A stretch of 53,930 nt of DNA from Bdellovibrionales bacterium (lineage in GTDB: Bacteria > Bdellovibrionota > Bdellovibrionia > Bdellovibrionales > UBA1609): assembly GCA_027317865.1 (NCBI GenBank), contig DAHVQG010000016.1, positions 1 to 53,930 on the forward strand. The letters run 5' to 3'. This document shows, piece after piece, positions 27,769 through 37,655 of the stretch. Position 1 is the first letter of the stretch. Each line of letters begins with the position of its first letter. A program made the translations under genes and the position numbers. The notes beneath the pieces were generated by a model that had not been told where the DNA came from, made no database searches, and saw only the letters and a program-made list of their open reading frames with translations.

Positions 27769-28524
27769 ATGGCCCATTTTGTCGATCTCGTATGCCCGCG
27801 ATGTAAACAGATTATTGACGATGGTCGTTCGCGCGACGACGTCATTGTCTGCAACCATTGCGGTTATACACAAAATCATCACGAACAAGAATTGGATGAA
27901 AAACACGAGCGCCATCTCTTGGCTGTGACCCTCATTGGAGCAATACTTGCCATCGCCGGATTCATTCACTTTGTACAATGGGACCAATACGCGTTTGAAA
28001 TCATCCCCCTTAAAATTGAGCAATGGACCCATCAAGCGTCGGCACATGACTTGCGCCAAATCGCCGATATTTGCCGCGCGCGATTGAAATACGAGTGCAC
28101 AGAGACGGCCTTGACGGAATTGGTGCAAAAAGACCAAGCCAACCCGTCTAGCAAGAAAAATCTCTCTGCCTTATTTCAACTTGCCGATTTACAGCGCCAA
28201 CTTGGGCAATCGGATTTAGCCATGGCTAATTTCAAACAGTATTTTTCTCTTGGGGGCACTAAACCCGCCGCCGACTTTTCTTATGCAAAACTTCTCGATG
28301 CCGCCGGTTTCTATAAAAATGCCCAAGTTTACTATCAGCGCACGCTCTTGGCCAAACCCGGAATTCTTCAGATTACCGTGATCCAACATTACGTTGCCAT
28401 GCTTATGAAGATCCATGAGGTTAAACACGCGCTAAGCCTTATAAGATACGTTCGCAACCACACCGGCCCTGAAGGCGAAACGTTTATGGCACGCGAATAT
28501 AATAAAATGACAGGGCAAATGTAG
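27769..28524 (+). CDS. Zn-ribbon + single TM + TPR-like membrane protein
   Basis: CPRC...CNHC, one TM helix, C-terminal TPR-like helices. SD AAGGAG before ATG 27769. Confidence 0.8.
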   Translation: MAHFVDLVCPRCKQIIDDGRSRDDVIVCNHCGYTQNHHEQELDEKHERHLLAVTLIGAILAIAGFIHFVQWDQYAFEIIPLKIEQWTHQASAHDLRQIADICRARLKYECTETALTELVQKDQANPSSKKNLSALFQLADLQRQLGQSDLAMANFKQYFSLGGTKPAADFSYAKLLDAAGFYKNAQVYYQRTLLAKPGILQITVIQHYVAMLMKIHEVKHALSLIRYVRNHTGPEGETFMAREYNKMTGQM

Positions 28525-28575
28525 TTTTTCGTAGCCGGCGGGTAAACCAAACTGCGCTGGCCTGGCACAAAAACA

Positions 28576-29658
28576 CTAACTTTGCGGTGCTGAAACCACA
28601 AAACCGCTCGATTTGAATTGCTCTTTATTGGTGACGCCCCACCATTTGTTTTGAATTAGAATTTGCCCGAGTACTCCACCGAGGCTGTTGCCGGGTCCAA
28701 GAAGCCATAATTGATCAGGCATAAATTCTTTAAGCGCTACAGCGACCGACGTGGTGAAGTCGTACATTGCATAAACTTGGTGCCCCAATGTGTATTCGTA
28801 AAGTGCGTGCGCGTCGGTTGAGTACGGCATCCATATATGCCCGCGGCCGTCAACTAAGGGGATTTTAGGAGGGCGAAACAGTTGCGACGAAATTGCCTCG
28901 AAAGCGCGCTGAGATGTATCGAACATGAGCGGCGTGTGAAAAGCGGCGTGATTGATAAGCTGAAATGGATAAATCGTCTCACGACCTTGGCTTCGGCTAA
29001 CGGTCTCCGGTAAATTCTTTAGTAGAAAATCAAGCGCTCTTTTTTCGCCGGCAAGCACGACGTAGCCGCCAAGACGAATCGAAATATAGGCTTCGCCGGC
29101 ATTTGCTGCCCGCGCACGCTCTAATACGTCATGGACAATCATCTCGCGGGCTGGATCAACTTGCCACTCCTCGTTCACAATTGGATATATGATTTGGCCC
29201 CCGACAATTTCCTCACGCATCATGCCACCCATTGTTTGAATCACATGAAAGGCACCCGTCCAATCGAGTGCCTCGCCAAACGCAAGGGCCAAATACCAAC
29301 CCATAGAATTTCCGCATAACGCGACAATTTCATATTGTTCACGATTGATCGCCAAAAAATCACGATAGGCGCACGCGTAAATAAGCGGCGATGCATGTTC
29401 GCCGCGCGTGTGAAGCGACGGAGAAAATTTCGGCTTGTTATCGAGTTCTGAAATCGCCGGGTCGCCAAGGGCCACGCGCCGTTCATCAAGATCCGCCAAA
29501 AATTCTTGAAAACGTGCGGCCCATCCGCCGTTTCGGGCCCACTCGCGCGCGACCGAAGATGTTTCGCGTTTAAAATATCCCAAGCTCTCGCTCGTGTATG
29601 AACCGCGCCCAGGGCAAACGACGACGATTCTTTTTTTTCGCGGATTTGAAGTGGTCAT
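28576..29658 (-). CDS. FabD-like acyltransferase (atypical ACP S-malonyltransferase family)
   Basis: CPGRG (PGQG-like), nucleophile elbow GNSMG, AAFHTP, LLGPG. ATGA-coupled to the upstream E1 gene. Confidence 0.8.
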   Translation of the reverse strand: MTTSNPRKKRIVVVCPGRGSYTSESLGYFKRETSSVAREWARNGGWAARFQEFLADLDERRVALGDPAISELDNKPKFSPSLHTRGEHASPLIYACAYRDFLAINREQYEIVALCGNSMGWYLALAFGEALDWTGAFHVIQTMGGMMREEIVGGQIIYPIVNEEWQVDPAREMIVHDVLERARAANAGEAYISIRLGGYVVLAGEKRALDFLLKNLPETVSRSQGRETIYPFQLINHAAFHTPLMFDTSQRAFEAISSQLFRPPKIPLVDGRGHIWMPYSTDAHALYEYTLGHQVYAMYDFTTSVAVALKEFMPDQLWLLGPGNSLGGVLGQILIQNKWWGVTNKEQFKSSGFVVSAPQS

Positions 29659-32003
29659 TTCGCTCGTTCCCCTTGCGGCCCCATGAGATCTAACACCGCC
29701 GTGACGATTTCTGTCTTTTTAGGCAGACCCGCCGCCGCCGCTGGGCCAAGCGGAATAAAACAGTCGTCCGCCGCCACAACTTTTATCTTCGTCATCTGAG
29801 AATTACTGTTCAACCTTTCAACAATACCCGAAACAAGCGCTTCACTAAGACTGCCAGTTTTACGACATTCATCGACGATAAGAACGCGCCGAGATTTCGT
29901 GACTTCGCCCATTAAAGCCTCCCAATTAATAGGGGCAATCCAGCGCAAATCGACGATGCGAATACTGAGACCCAGTTTCTCCCGCAATTCGTTCTCAGCC
30001 TGGCGCGAATAGTAAAAACCGTTACCGTATGTAATAATTAGAACGTCGCGCTCACCTTGATATCGACCGGCACCCGTACTTTTATCGGAACCGGTGCTTT
30101 CAACGTTGTCATAAACACCGAACTCCCCAACGGCGATTTCAGAATCAGCGGCATTAAGCGGCGGATAAACAAAACTCCACTCTTTATCGCCTTCAACATG
30201 CAAATCTTTCGTCATATAAAGTGCAATCGGCTCGATAAAAATAATCACGCGGCCATCGCGCTGCGCGAGCTTCACGCACGTCCGCATCATCCTCACTGCA
30301 TCCGCGCCGTTTGACGGTACGGCAACGATCACGCCCGGCAGATCACGAAAAATCGCAAGCGAATTGTCGTTGTGAAAATGCCCGCCAAACCCTTTTTGAT
30401 AGGCCAGACCCGCAATACGAACGACCATTGGATTGGTAAATTGACCGCGCGAAAAAAACGCGAGAGTTGAGGCCTCGCCACGAATCTGGTCTTCGGCATT
30501 ATGCACGTATGCAAGAAATTGAATTTCAGGAATCGGCAAGAATCCATTCTGTGCAAACCCAAGCGCAGTACCTAAAATCGACGTTTCATCCAGTGGCGAA
30601 TTAAACACACGACGCGGGCCGAATTTGGCAAATAGCCCGTCGGTCACATTGTAAACACCGCCTTTTTTAGCCACGTCTTCGCCGAAAATGACGGCGTTTG
30701 TGTATTGCGCCAAAATGTCGGCCAACCCATAATTGATTAGTTTTGCCATATGCTGAGGCGCGGTCGACATTTTGTCGAAATCGCGGCCGAACAATTCACG
30801 CCGGGCGCCTTCAGTCGGCGCCGGTGGCAACGGGCGCGGGCGCGTACATGCGGTTAATGTTGCACGCACATCCTCAGGACGGGTCAATTTAGGCAATCGA
30901 ATGACGTAACTCGAAATATTTCGTACGCGTTCTTTTACGTCTTGATACAGCGCGAGAATTTCATCGGCTGAGAGCAAATTGTTTTCAAGAATCAATCGCG
31001 CCGAATGTAAAAGCGGATCATTGAATTCCGCTTCTTCAATTTCAGTCATCGAATGATAACTCCATTCGGGATCAGACCCGGCATGACCCAATAGTCGAAC
31101 CGTCGACACGTGCAGAAAAACAGGTTTACGTTTCGTCCGCGCGTACTGTTCCGCCTCGCGTGTCACCTGGTGTAACTGGGCGAGATTGAGTCCGTCACCG
31201 TAAAAGTACTTAAATTGTGGTCGCGACGAAAACTGTGTTGCAATCCAATTTCGTGGGGTTGGAACAGAAATGCCCAGACCGTTATCTTCGCAAATAAAAA
31301 CGATTGGAACTTGCAAACCCTGATACGAGGCGAGTGCCGCCGTATTAAATGCCGATTGAGCCGTGGCGTGATTGGCCGAAGCGTCGCCAAAACTGCACAA
31401 TACGACACCGTCGGAGGGCATCTCACTTTGAATTTTCAAATCGCGTGCCCGCTGAATGGAAATGGCGGCTCCCACGGCTTTCGGTAAATGTGAAGCGATG
31501 GTACTCGTTTGCGGCGGCACAAGAAGCGGAAGACTGCCGAAAACTTTGTGCCTTCCCCCTGAAATCGGATCTTCGCTAGAGGCGACAAAACTTAAAAGTG
31601 CGTCATAGATCGGCGTTGCCCCTGGGAGCTGTTTCGCCCTTTGCGCCATAAAGGCGCCGCTACGGTAATGCAGAAATGCCATATCGGTAATGCGAAATAC
31701 CTTACCAAAAACGGCGTTACCTTCATGCCCCGAACTGCCGATCGTGTAATAACACTGATTTTCGTTTTTCAGCTCGCGCGCACGCAGATCAAGAATGCGG
31801 CTGATCACTTGCGATTCAAACAGATCGATAAGTTCCGCATTAGTTAGGCCTGACTCGCTCAGTGCGGGGACATTGGCTGTAGTCGAATTGGTCGTTGACC
31901 CGACAGTTGGTACAGGACTCGCAAGGGCACGCGCCGGCGGCAGGCGACCCTCCTTCACGAAAGTCAAAAAATTGCGATCGATAATTTCGGCGCGATTATA
32001 CAT
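29655..32003 (-). CDS. Fused E1 alpha/beta ThDP-dependent 2-oxoacid dehydrogenase (branched-chain-like)
   Basis: SSGHE, HYR, GDA...EDN ThDP motif, GHAGSD, FGEDV..KGGVY, EIQF, GGHFH, transketolase C-terminal domain; no lipoyl domain. Confidence 0.9.
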   Translation of the reverse strand: MYNRAEIIDRNFLTFVKEGRLPPARALASPVPTVGSTTNSTTANVPALSESGLTNAELIDLFESQVISRILDLRARELKNENQCYYTIGSSGHEGNAVFGKVFRITDMAFLHYRSGAFMAQRAKQLPGATPIYDALLSFVASSEDPISGGRHKVFGSLPLLVPPQTSTIASHLPKAVGAAISIQRARDLKIQSEMPSDGVVLCSFGDASANHATAQSAFNTAALASYQGLQVPIVFICEDNGLGISVPTPRNWIATQFSSRPQFKYFYGDGLNLAQLHQVTREAEQYARTKRKPVFLHVSTVRLLGHAGSDPEWSYHSMTEIEEAEFNDPLLHSARLILENNLLSADEILALYQDVKERVRNISSYVIRLPKLTRPEDVRATLTACTRPRPLPPAPTEGARRELFGRDFDKMSTAPQHMAKLINYGLADILAQYTNAVIFGEDVAKKGGVYNVTDGLFAKFGPRRVFNSPLDETSILGTALGFAQNGFLPIPEIQFLAYVHNAEDQIRGEASTLAFFSRGQFTNPMVVRIAGLAYQKGFGGHFHNDNSLAIFRDLPGVIVAVPSNGADAVRMMRTCVKLAQRDGRVIIFIEPIALYMTKDLHVEGDKEWSFVYPPLNAADSEIAVGEFGVYDNVESTGSDKSTGAGRYQGERDVLIITYGNGFYYSRQAENELREKLGLSIRIVDLRWIAPINWEALMGEVTKSRRVLIVDECRKTGSLSEALVSGIVERLNSNSQMTKIKVVAADDCFIPLGPAAAAGLPKKTEIVTAVLDLMGPQGERAK

Positions 32004-32120
32004 AAAGCCCGTCTCACTGCTTGAGCTTACAAGGCTAAGGCGAAATCATGAAGCTGGCAAAATAATTTCAATCCCGCACAGCTTCAATGGCCTCTCGAGT
32101 AATGTACAGCACGTTCGACG

Positions 32121-32729
32121 CTAGTTTAGCTCCTGATAGAAATAGCACGCGAAGATAGCAGTCCCCTTCTTAACAACTTGGCCTTTTTTGCATAGAGGCA
32201 ACTGGTTGGTTCCACACGTCAAGTCTTTGTCGAGATCAACCACAGTTAGCAAATAATTGTTAAACCGTCGCACTTCGCCCATAAGGTTGTTTTGATCATA
32301 CAGTAACGGATCCGAATCGTTCGCTATCATCGTGGCCCAATCGCTCCAATTGGTTATCATATAATTTAATAGGGATGCGCGATCTAGTGATCCAGTATCA
32401 GTTAGAACTGCAACTTTTCGCTCAAGAACCTTTGGAAAGGCCGGGCCATCATCGGGGCCGGTTAATTTGCGAGTCGCGACAACTGCGGTTACGATGGGAG
32501 TGGTTGGAGTCCCCACATCAAAACATCGTCCGGCCATCGCTTTACCGTCCATTTCGCTGAACGGTACGGAAACCGCTGATTTATACCAAGTCGAAATGGC
32601 TTGATACGGTGTTGTGCCATTTTTAAGCCTCAATGCCTGAACATCGAAGGCATCAACTTTTGCACTCGCCAATGCCACGCTCGACAAGCTGAACGCCGCA
32701 ACAAAAACCATTAAAAATTTAGTTCGCAT
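32121..32729 (-). CDS. Secreted hypothetical protein (paralog A of a divergent pair)
   Basis: SD GAGGGGG before ATG 32729, signal peptide ending ALA, four Cys. Confidence 0.75.
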   Translation of the reverse strand: MRTKFLMVFVAAFSLSSVALASAKVDAFDVQALRLKNGTTPYQAISTWYKSAVSVPFSEMDGKAMAGRCFDVGTPTTPIVTAVVATRKLTGPDDGPAFPKVLERKVAVLTDTGSLDRASLLNYMITNWSDWATMIANDSDPLLYDQNNLMGEVRRFNNYLLTVVDLDKDLTCGTNQLPLCKKGQVVKKGTAIFACYFYQELN

Positions 32730-32810
32730 AATTCCCCCTCGGCTGAACATTAGACCCTTCCCATTAAATGCCACGAATAAGGCAACGTGAGTGCGCTGTA
32801 CAACGAAACG

Positions 32811-32827
32811 TTTGATTATTTATCAAA
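32811..32827. promoter_or_regulatory. Palindrome between the divergent secreted-protein genes
   Basis: TTTGAT-N5-ATCAAA. The direct repeat GAAATTATTT occurs at 32829 and 32863. Confidence 0.4.
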
Positions 32828-32968
32828 TGAAATTATTTGCGCACTATTGAAAGCCGCCTCACGAAATTATTTCTTGAGCCAAATTCACGCGGCGCTGCAA
32901 TTGACCAACGAACCAGTTATTGTTAGATGATCGGCACAGTTGAACAGCACAATTTAAAGGGAGGTTCT

Positions 32969-33670
32969 GTGAGAATAATGACGAGAAAATTGACATTGAC
33001 CTGTGCATTAGGTTGCGCCATCGCATTGTTGACGGCGACTCATGCGCGCGCAATGAACGTAAGCACCAACGCGGGTATGTCTCAAGAAATGACAAACGCG
33101 ACTTTGGCATATCTCGCCAGCAGCGGCACAACTCAAACGCCGTATCAAAAACTTGAAGCCCTCTACAACCGTGCGGCCCCCATGCAACTCCATCAATTTC
33201 TCACGCCCGAATCGCCAAACCTGGGATCTTGGGAGTGCTCTGGTCTTGTGCAACCCAATGAACCGGTCAGTAAAATGTGGATCAACACTGAAGTCCCAGC
33301 TTTAGTAACCGGCAAAATTGTAATTAGCAAAGCTGTGCCCGGTAATGGACCGCTCTTCCCAGGCGTCCCTGAAAAAGATCGTACCGTGCTTTTTATTACG
33401 AATATCCCGAACCACGGCTTTTTTGCCGTTTCGGCAAAAGAACTTGGCCAATTGTTTGTAAAATATAAGTTTAATCTGGTGGCCTACCCCGGGGTTAGCG
33501 TAACTAATTTAATGTATGCAAGCGATACCGCCTCATGGGCCACTGACACTTATCGCACGATCAATGGTTTAACCATCGTAAAGCAATTCACCGCGAACAA
33601 AAAATATGCAAAGAATAATAACGGCTACTGGTACTGCTGGGAGCAAAAGCCTAAGCCGAGCGGCAATTAA
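32969..33670 (+). CDS. Secreted hypothetical protein (paralog B of a divergent pair)
   Basis: SD GGGAGG then GTG 32969 or ATG 32978; signal peptide ending ARA. Confidence 0.75.
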   Translation: MRIMTRKLTLTCALGCAIALLTATHARAMNVSTNAGMSQEMTNATLAYLASSGTTQTPYQKLEALYNRAAPMQLHQFLTPESPNLGSWECSGLVQPNEPVSKMWINTEVPALVTGKIVISKAVPGNGPLFPGVPEKDRTVLFITNIPNHGFFAVSAKELGQLFVKYKFNLVAYPGVSVTNLMYASDTASWATDTYRTINGLTIVKQFTANKKYAKNNNGYWYCWEQKPKPSGN

Positions 33671-33771
33671 AACGAGCGCCTATAAAAAATAAACTCGCCG
33701 ACGCGCCACAAGCTTGCACGCTGATAGCGCCTATGCATAAAATGTCACGAACCTAGAAAAAAGGATCGCAT

Positions 33772-34941
33772 ATGGCCGCCTATGAATCGCTCAACTACAT
33801 GGATTTTGACAGTCTGCTTTCCGAAGACGAACTGATGGTTCGCCAGTCCGTACGCGATTTTGTGACCAAAGAAGTGAACCCCGTTCTACAAGAGGCGAAT
33901 CGCACCGAGACTTTTCCGAAACATTTGATCCCACGATTTGCCGAGATGTGCCTACTCGGTTCAAACCTCGAAGGCTACGGTTGCCCCGGGCTTGGTCAAG
34001 TCGCCTACGGGCTTTTGATGCAAGAGCTTGAACGCGGTGATTCGGGCATTCGTTCATTTTGCTCCGTACAAGGGGCGCTCGTCATGTACCCCATTCATAC
34101 TTATGGCAGTGAAGAACAAAAAGAAAAATATCTGCCGAAACTCGCCCGCGCTGAACTCATCGGCTGCTTCGGCCTCACCGAGCCGGACGCGGGATCAAAC
34201 CCCGGCGGGATGCGCACGAAAGCTGAAAAAGTTAAAGGCGGCTACAAACTCAACGGCAACAAAATGTGGATCACAAATGGCTGCATTGCGGACCTTGCTG
34301 TCGTGTGGGCGAAACTCGACGGTGAAGTTCGTGGATTTATCGTTGATACGAAAACCCCCGGATTTTCAACTTCGACCATGAAAGGCAAATTCTCGCTGCG
34401 CGTGAGTGTGACAAGTGAACTGCACATGAAAGATTGTGTCGTTCCTGAAGAGAACATGCTACCGAAGGCGAAAGGGCTAAAAGGGCCGCTGTCTTGTCTC
34501 ACGCAAGCACGCTACGGTATCGCATGGGGAGTGCTTGGTGCAGCTAACGCCTGCTATCACACGGCACTCAATTACGCCAAAGAACGCGAACTCTTCGATG
34601 GCAAACCGCTAGCCGCCTACCAACTTGCGCAAGCCAAACTCGTGCGCATGGCCACCGAAATTACGAAGGGTCAGCTACTTGCGCTGCAACTGGGTCGATT
34701 AAAAGAGCGTGGCGAAATGAAACCGCACCACGTCTCGATGGCAAAAGGCAACAACTGCCGCATGGCTCTCGAAGTGGCACGTGACGCGCGGGATATGCTC
34801 GGCGCAAACGGCATTATCGACGAGTATCCTGTTATTCGCCATATGATGAACCTTGAAACGGTCAATACGTACGAAGGTACCGAAGACATCCACCGGCTCG
34901 TTGTCGGCGAAGCCGTAACCGGTTTACCCGCCTATCGATAA
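33772..34941 (+). CDS. gcdH: Acyl-CoA dehydrogenase, glutaryl-CoA dehydrogenase-like
   Basis: ELERGDSGIRS, GCFGLTEPDAGSNP, KMWITNG, ARYGIAWG, LGANGI, NTYEGT. Confidence 0.85.
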   Translation: MAAYESLNYMDFDSLLSEDELMVRQSVRDFVTKEVNPVLQEANRTETFPKHLIPRFAEMCLLGSNLEGYGCPGLGQVAYGLLMQELERGDSGIRSFCSVQGALVMYPIHTYGSEEQKEKYLPKLARAELIGCFGLTEPDAGSNPGGMRTKAEKVKGGYKLNGNKMWITNGCIADLAVVWAKLDGEVRGFIVDTKTPGFSTSTMKGKFSLRVSVTSELHMKDCVVPEENMLPKAKGLKGPLSCLTQARYGIAWGVLGAANACYHTALNYAKERELFDGKPLAAYQLAQAKLVRMATEITKGQLLALQLGRLKERGEMKPHHVSMAKGNNCRMALEVARDARDMLGANGIIDEYPVIRHMMNLETVNTYEGTEDIHRLVVGEAVTGLPAYR

Positions 34942-34956
34942 AATTCTACCGTTGTT

Positions 34957-36117
34957 TTACTTTGGTTCATTTGAAAAAAATCGAACGTACAAACCAATAT
35001 TGAACGACGTGATCGCGCCGTAAATTAAAAATGGCGCCGCTAAAATATCGGCATTGAAGAATAACCCTGACATTGCCGAACCGGCTGCCGAGGCGACAAG
35101 CCTCGCCACTTGATTTATAGCCAGAGATCGCCCGTATTCGTCACCCTGTACGCGATCGGTAAGCGCGGTTTGTTGAACAGGTACGCCAACCACTCGCAAT
35201 GCCCGCGAGGCCAAATAAACAAAAATAGAAAATGGTAACACGCGCACAAACGGAAATAAAACTAACAGAACGGCGCCCGCTCCGCGCGTGACCGCAATTG
35301 TTTTAACAAAACCCATCCGTCGCTCCAACGTAGGAGCAAACAGTAACGTAACGGCCGCTACGACTCCCGCAACAAATCCCCATGTCGCCATACGCTCTTT
35401 GGGCATGTGATAAACCAACACAAAAAACGGAATCATGAATGGATTGACCATCCCTTGCGACATACCGTTAAAAATGCCAGTTAATGAAAACTTTCCGATG
35501 ACGACTTTGCTTTTGATTTTCTTCAAGGTGCCGCGCGGTGATTCTAATTTCAGACCCAAAACAGGAATAGTGGCCAGTAGCGAAAAAACAAGCGCCACCA
35601 TAAAACCGTGCTCAATCGAGAAAAACCGGGTCAACGCCATACCACACGCCGCGCTGATACCACCCGTAAACGCAAGTAGCGAAAACGTATGTGTGCGCTT
35701 ATCCGACGGTGAAATATCACTAACCACAGCGCTTTGAATGGGCTGAATGGCACCGCCAATTCCACCACCGGCCAGCGAGCCAGTGCCCGAAAATCCACCG
35801 ATTATTGCCGCAATAAAAATGACCCACGTATTCGACGACAAAACAATCATTAAAATGCTGACCGGCAATAGAAGCGACGACATCAAGAACGTCGCCTTGC
35901 GGCCCCAAACGTCGGCGAGAATTCCGATACCAAGCGCACAAATTCCTGTTCCGATTGCGGCCGCTGTATACACGAAACCAAGACCGATTGGCCGCCAGTG
36001 CAACGTCTTTAATATTAAATACGGAAATAAAAGCGCGACCATGCCAGCCGCAAAATTACGAAAAATTCTAAACAAAATAAGTCTAAAAATAGAGTCAGAG
36101 CGTGTTGTGTCTGTCAA
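34957..36117 (-). CDS. MFS transporter
   Basis: About 12 TM helices; motif A GILADVWGRK. Confidence 0.9.
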   Translation of the reverse strand: MTDTTRSDSIFRLILFRIFRNFAAGMVALLFPYLILKTLHWRPIGLGFVYTAAAIGTGICALGIGILADVWGRKATFLMSSLLLPVSILMIVLSSNTWVIFIAAIIGGFSGTGSLAGGGIGGAIQPIQSAVVSDISPSDKRTHTFSLLAFTGGISAACGMALTRFFSIEHGFMVALVFSLLATIPVLGLKLESPRGTLKKIKSKVVIGKFSLTGIFNGMSQGMVNPFMIPFFVLVYHMPKERMATWGFVAGVVAAVTLLFAPTLERRMGFVKTIAVTRGAGAVLLVLFPFVRVLPFSIFVYLASRALRVVGVPVQQTALTDRVQGDEYGRSLAINQVARLVASAAGSAMSGLFFNADILAAPFLIYGAITSFNIGLYVRFFSNEPK

Positions 36118-36139
36118 GACCGTCCGTTGGAATCCGACG

Positions 36140-37594
36140 TTATTTCGTTCGCGCCCACGTTGCCGTTATGAATGCCGCAAAACTCCAAGTCAAATTGCGC
36201 GCACCTTGCATCACGCCGGTGTCACGGTTGAATTCTTCAGAAAGTGCGCCATTCTCACCCGCATACTGTAACACGGTATTGAAGAAATTATCACCTAAAC
36301 GAGTGAGCCCTAGCTGAAGCGCATTGTACAACTGGGTGTTTGCCCTGCCGTAATGTAGTGCCACACCTTTCAAACCGGAAGCATTCAACGCCAATTGCAA
36401 AAATGGAGCATCGAGCTTCGTCACTTCGATCGTTTTACTTTTCGCGTATTCGTTTCGAACCGTAAAACAATATTGAGCCATCGCAAGGGTCGTCAAAAAC
36501 CACGGATTACCACGCGAAGTACTGACTCCGTTATAAATATCTTCCGGATACCGGCCAATCGCCGGCCCCAAATTTGGATGCATGCGGTTTATCCGATAAA
36601 GACGCGAAAACACTTTGATCAGCCGCGCCGCTGTGGCCATGACCCAATCGCTATTTGCCGCCATAAAATGATCCGGCGTCGCGCCATGTAGCACACCGAG
36701 TATCACGGCGGAATCAAGACTGCTGCGCCCGTCCCCGCCACCAATGGTTTCACGCAAAAAGCCTTGTTGGGGGCTCCAAAATTTTTGCAAATAGAGCGTG
36801 ATCGCGTCAGCTTGTTGTTGGTAATACTTCGCCGCCCCTGGGTCACTGAGTTCGTGCGCCAACTGCGCGCCTTCGATCATGGCACGGCGAGAAACCATTA
36901 ACGTAAAAAAGTGATGGCCCGAGATTTCTTCCCATAAGTCGAAACAGGCGTTACCCCAATGATGCGCAACGTATTCAAGATCCAGTTTAATGACGGAGTG
37001 GCTCGGAAATTCTCCGTCGTACAACCATTTATGAACGTATTGCAGCTGCCCCTCGCGAATCAAATCGTGCGCAAACGCAATCAATGTAATCGCACGAAGG
37101 GCGGGACCGTCGTTTTGCGGCCGCCCCCAAGCTCCAGTAAAAGCGCTGCCGTCGACGTTAAATTTCGGCTCACCAAGACCATTGCCATCTGCTGCGCCAC
37201 TTAAATTTGGAGTTAATTGATTACGTCGCGAAAACTGTACGTAGTCCTTTAATAATTTACCCCAAACTGCGTGATTGGGGCCATTTTGTTTGTACAGTTT
37301 TTCAATCACAGACATGGTTAAAGCGGCATCACGTGTCCAATTATAATAATAATCGGGATTCGATTTCGACGGCGACGCAACAACGGAGCCGATCGCAGTA
37401 CCGGGACGCGAAATATTTTTGAGCATCAATTTGAGCGAAATTTGCTCTTCATGATCAATCGCTCTGGTCAATGTTGAACCAGAAAAAACTGGCCGCGTTC
37501 TATGGGCAGTATTTGTCGCGCCAACGGCCGTCACTCGCGCATTTGCACCGAATGGCATTAGAGTCAGGAATAGGCCGATTAACAGCACCCTCAT
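36140..37594 (-). CDS. Secreted GH15 glucoamylase (fungal-type catalytic domain)
   Basis: ASPS..NPDYYYNWTRDAAL, LGEPKFNVDG, WGRPQNDGPALR, DLWEE, GRYPEDIY, GNPW, LSEEF, LTWS. Signal peptide from ATG 37594. Confidence 0.93.
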   Translation of the reverse strand: MRVLLIGLFLTLMPFGANARVTAVGATNTAHRTRPVFSGSTLTRAIDHEEQISLKLMLKNISRPGTAIGSVVASPSKSNPDYYYNWTRDAALTMSVIEKLYKQNGPNHAVWGKLLKDYVQFSRRNQLTPNLSGAADGNGLGEPKFNVDGSAFTGAWGRPQNDGPALRAITLIAFAHDLIREGQLQYVHKWLYDGEFPSHSVIKLDLEYVAHHWGNACFDLWEEISGHHFFTLMVSRRAMIEGAQLAHELSDPGAAKYYQQQADAITLYLQKFWSPQQGFLRETIGGGDGRSSLDSAVILGVLHGATPDHFMAANSDWVMATAARLIKVFSRLYRINRMHPNLGPAIGRYPEDIYNGVSTSRGNPWFLTTLAMAQYCFTVRNEYAKSKTIEVTKLDAPFLQLALNASGLKGVALHYGRANTQLYNALQLGLTRLGDNFFNTVLQYAGENGALSEEFNRDTGVMQGARNLTWSFAAFITATWARTK

Positions 37595-37655
37595 TTTGCC
37601 CCCCAAAAAAGCCGACATCAAGCTCAACATTCTGATATTGTTTTGTCAATACACA

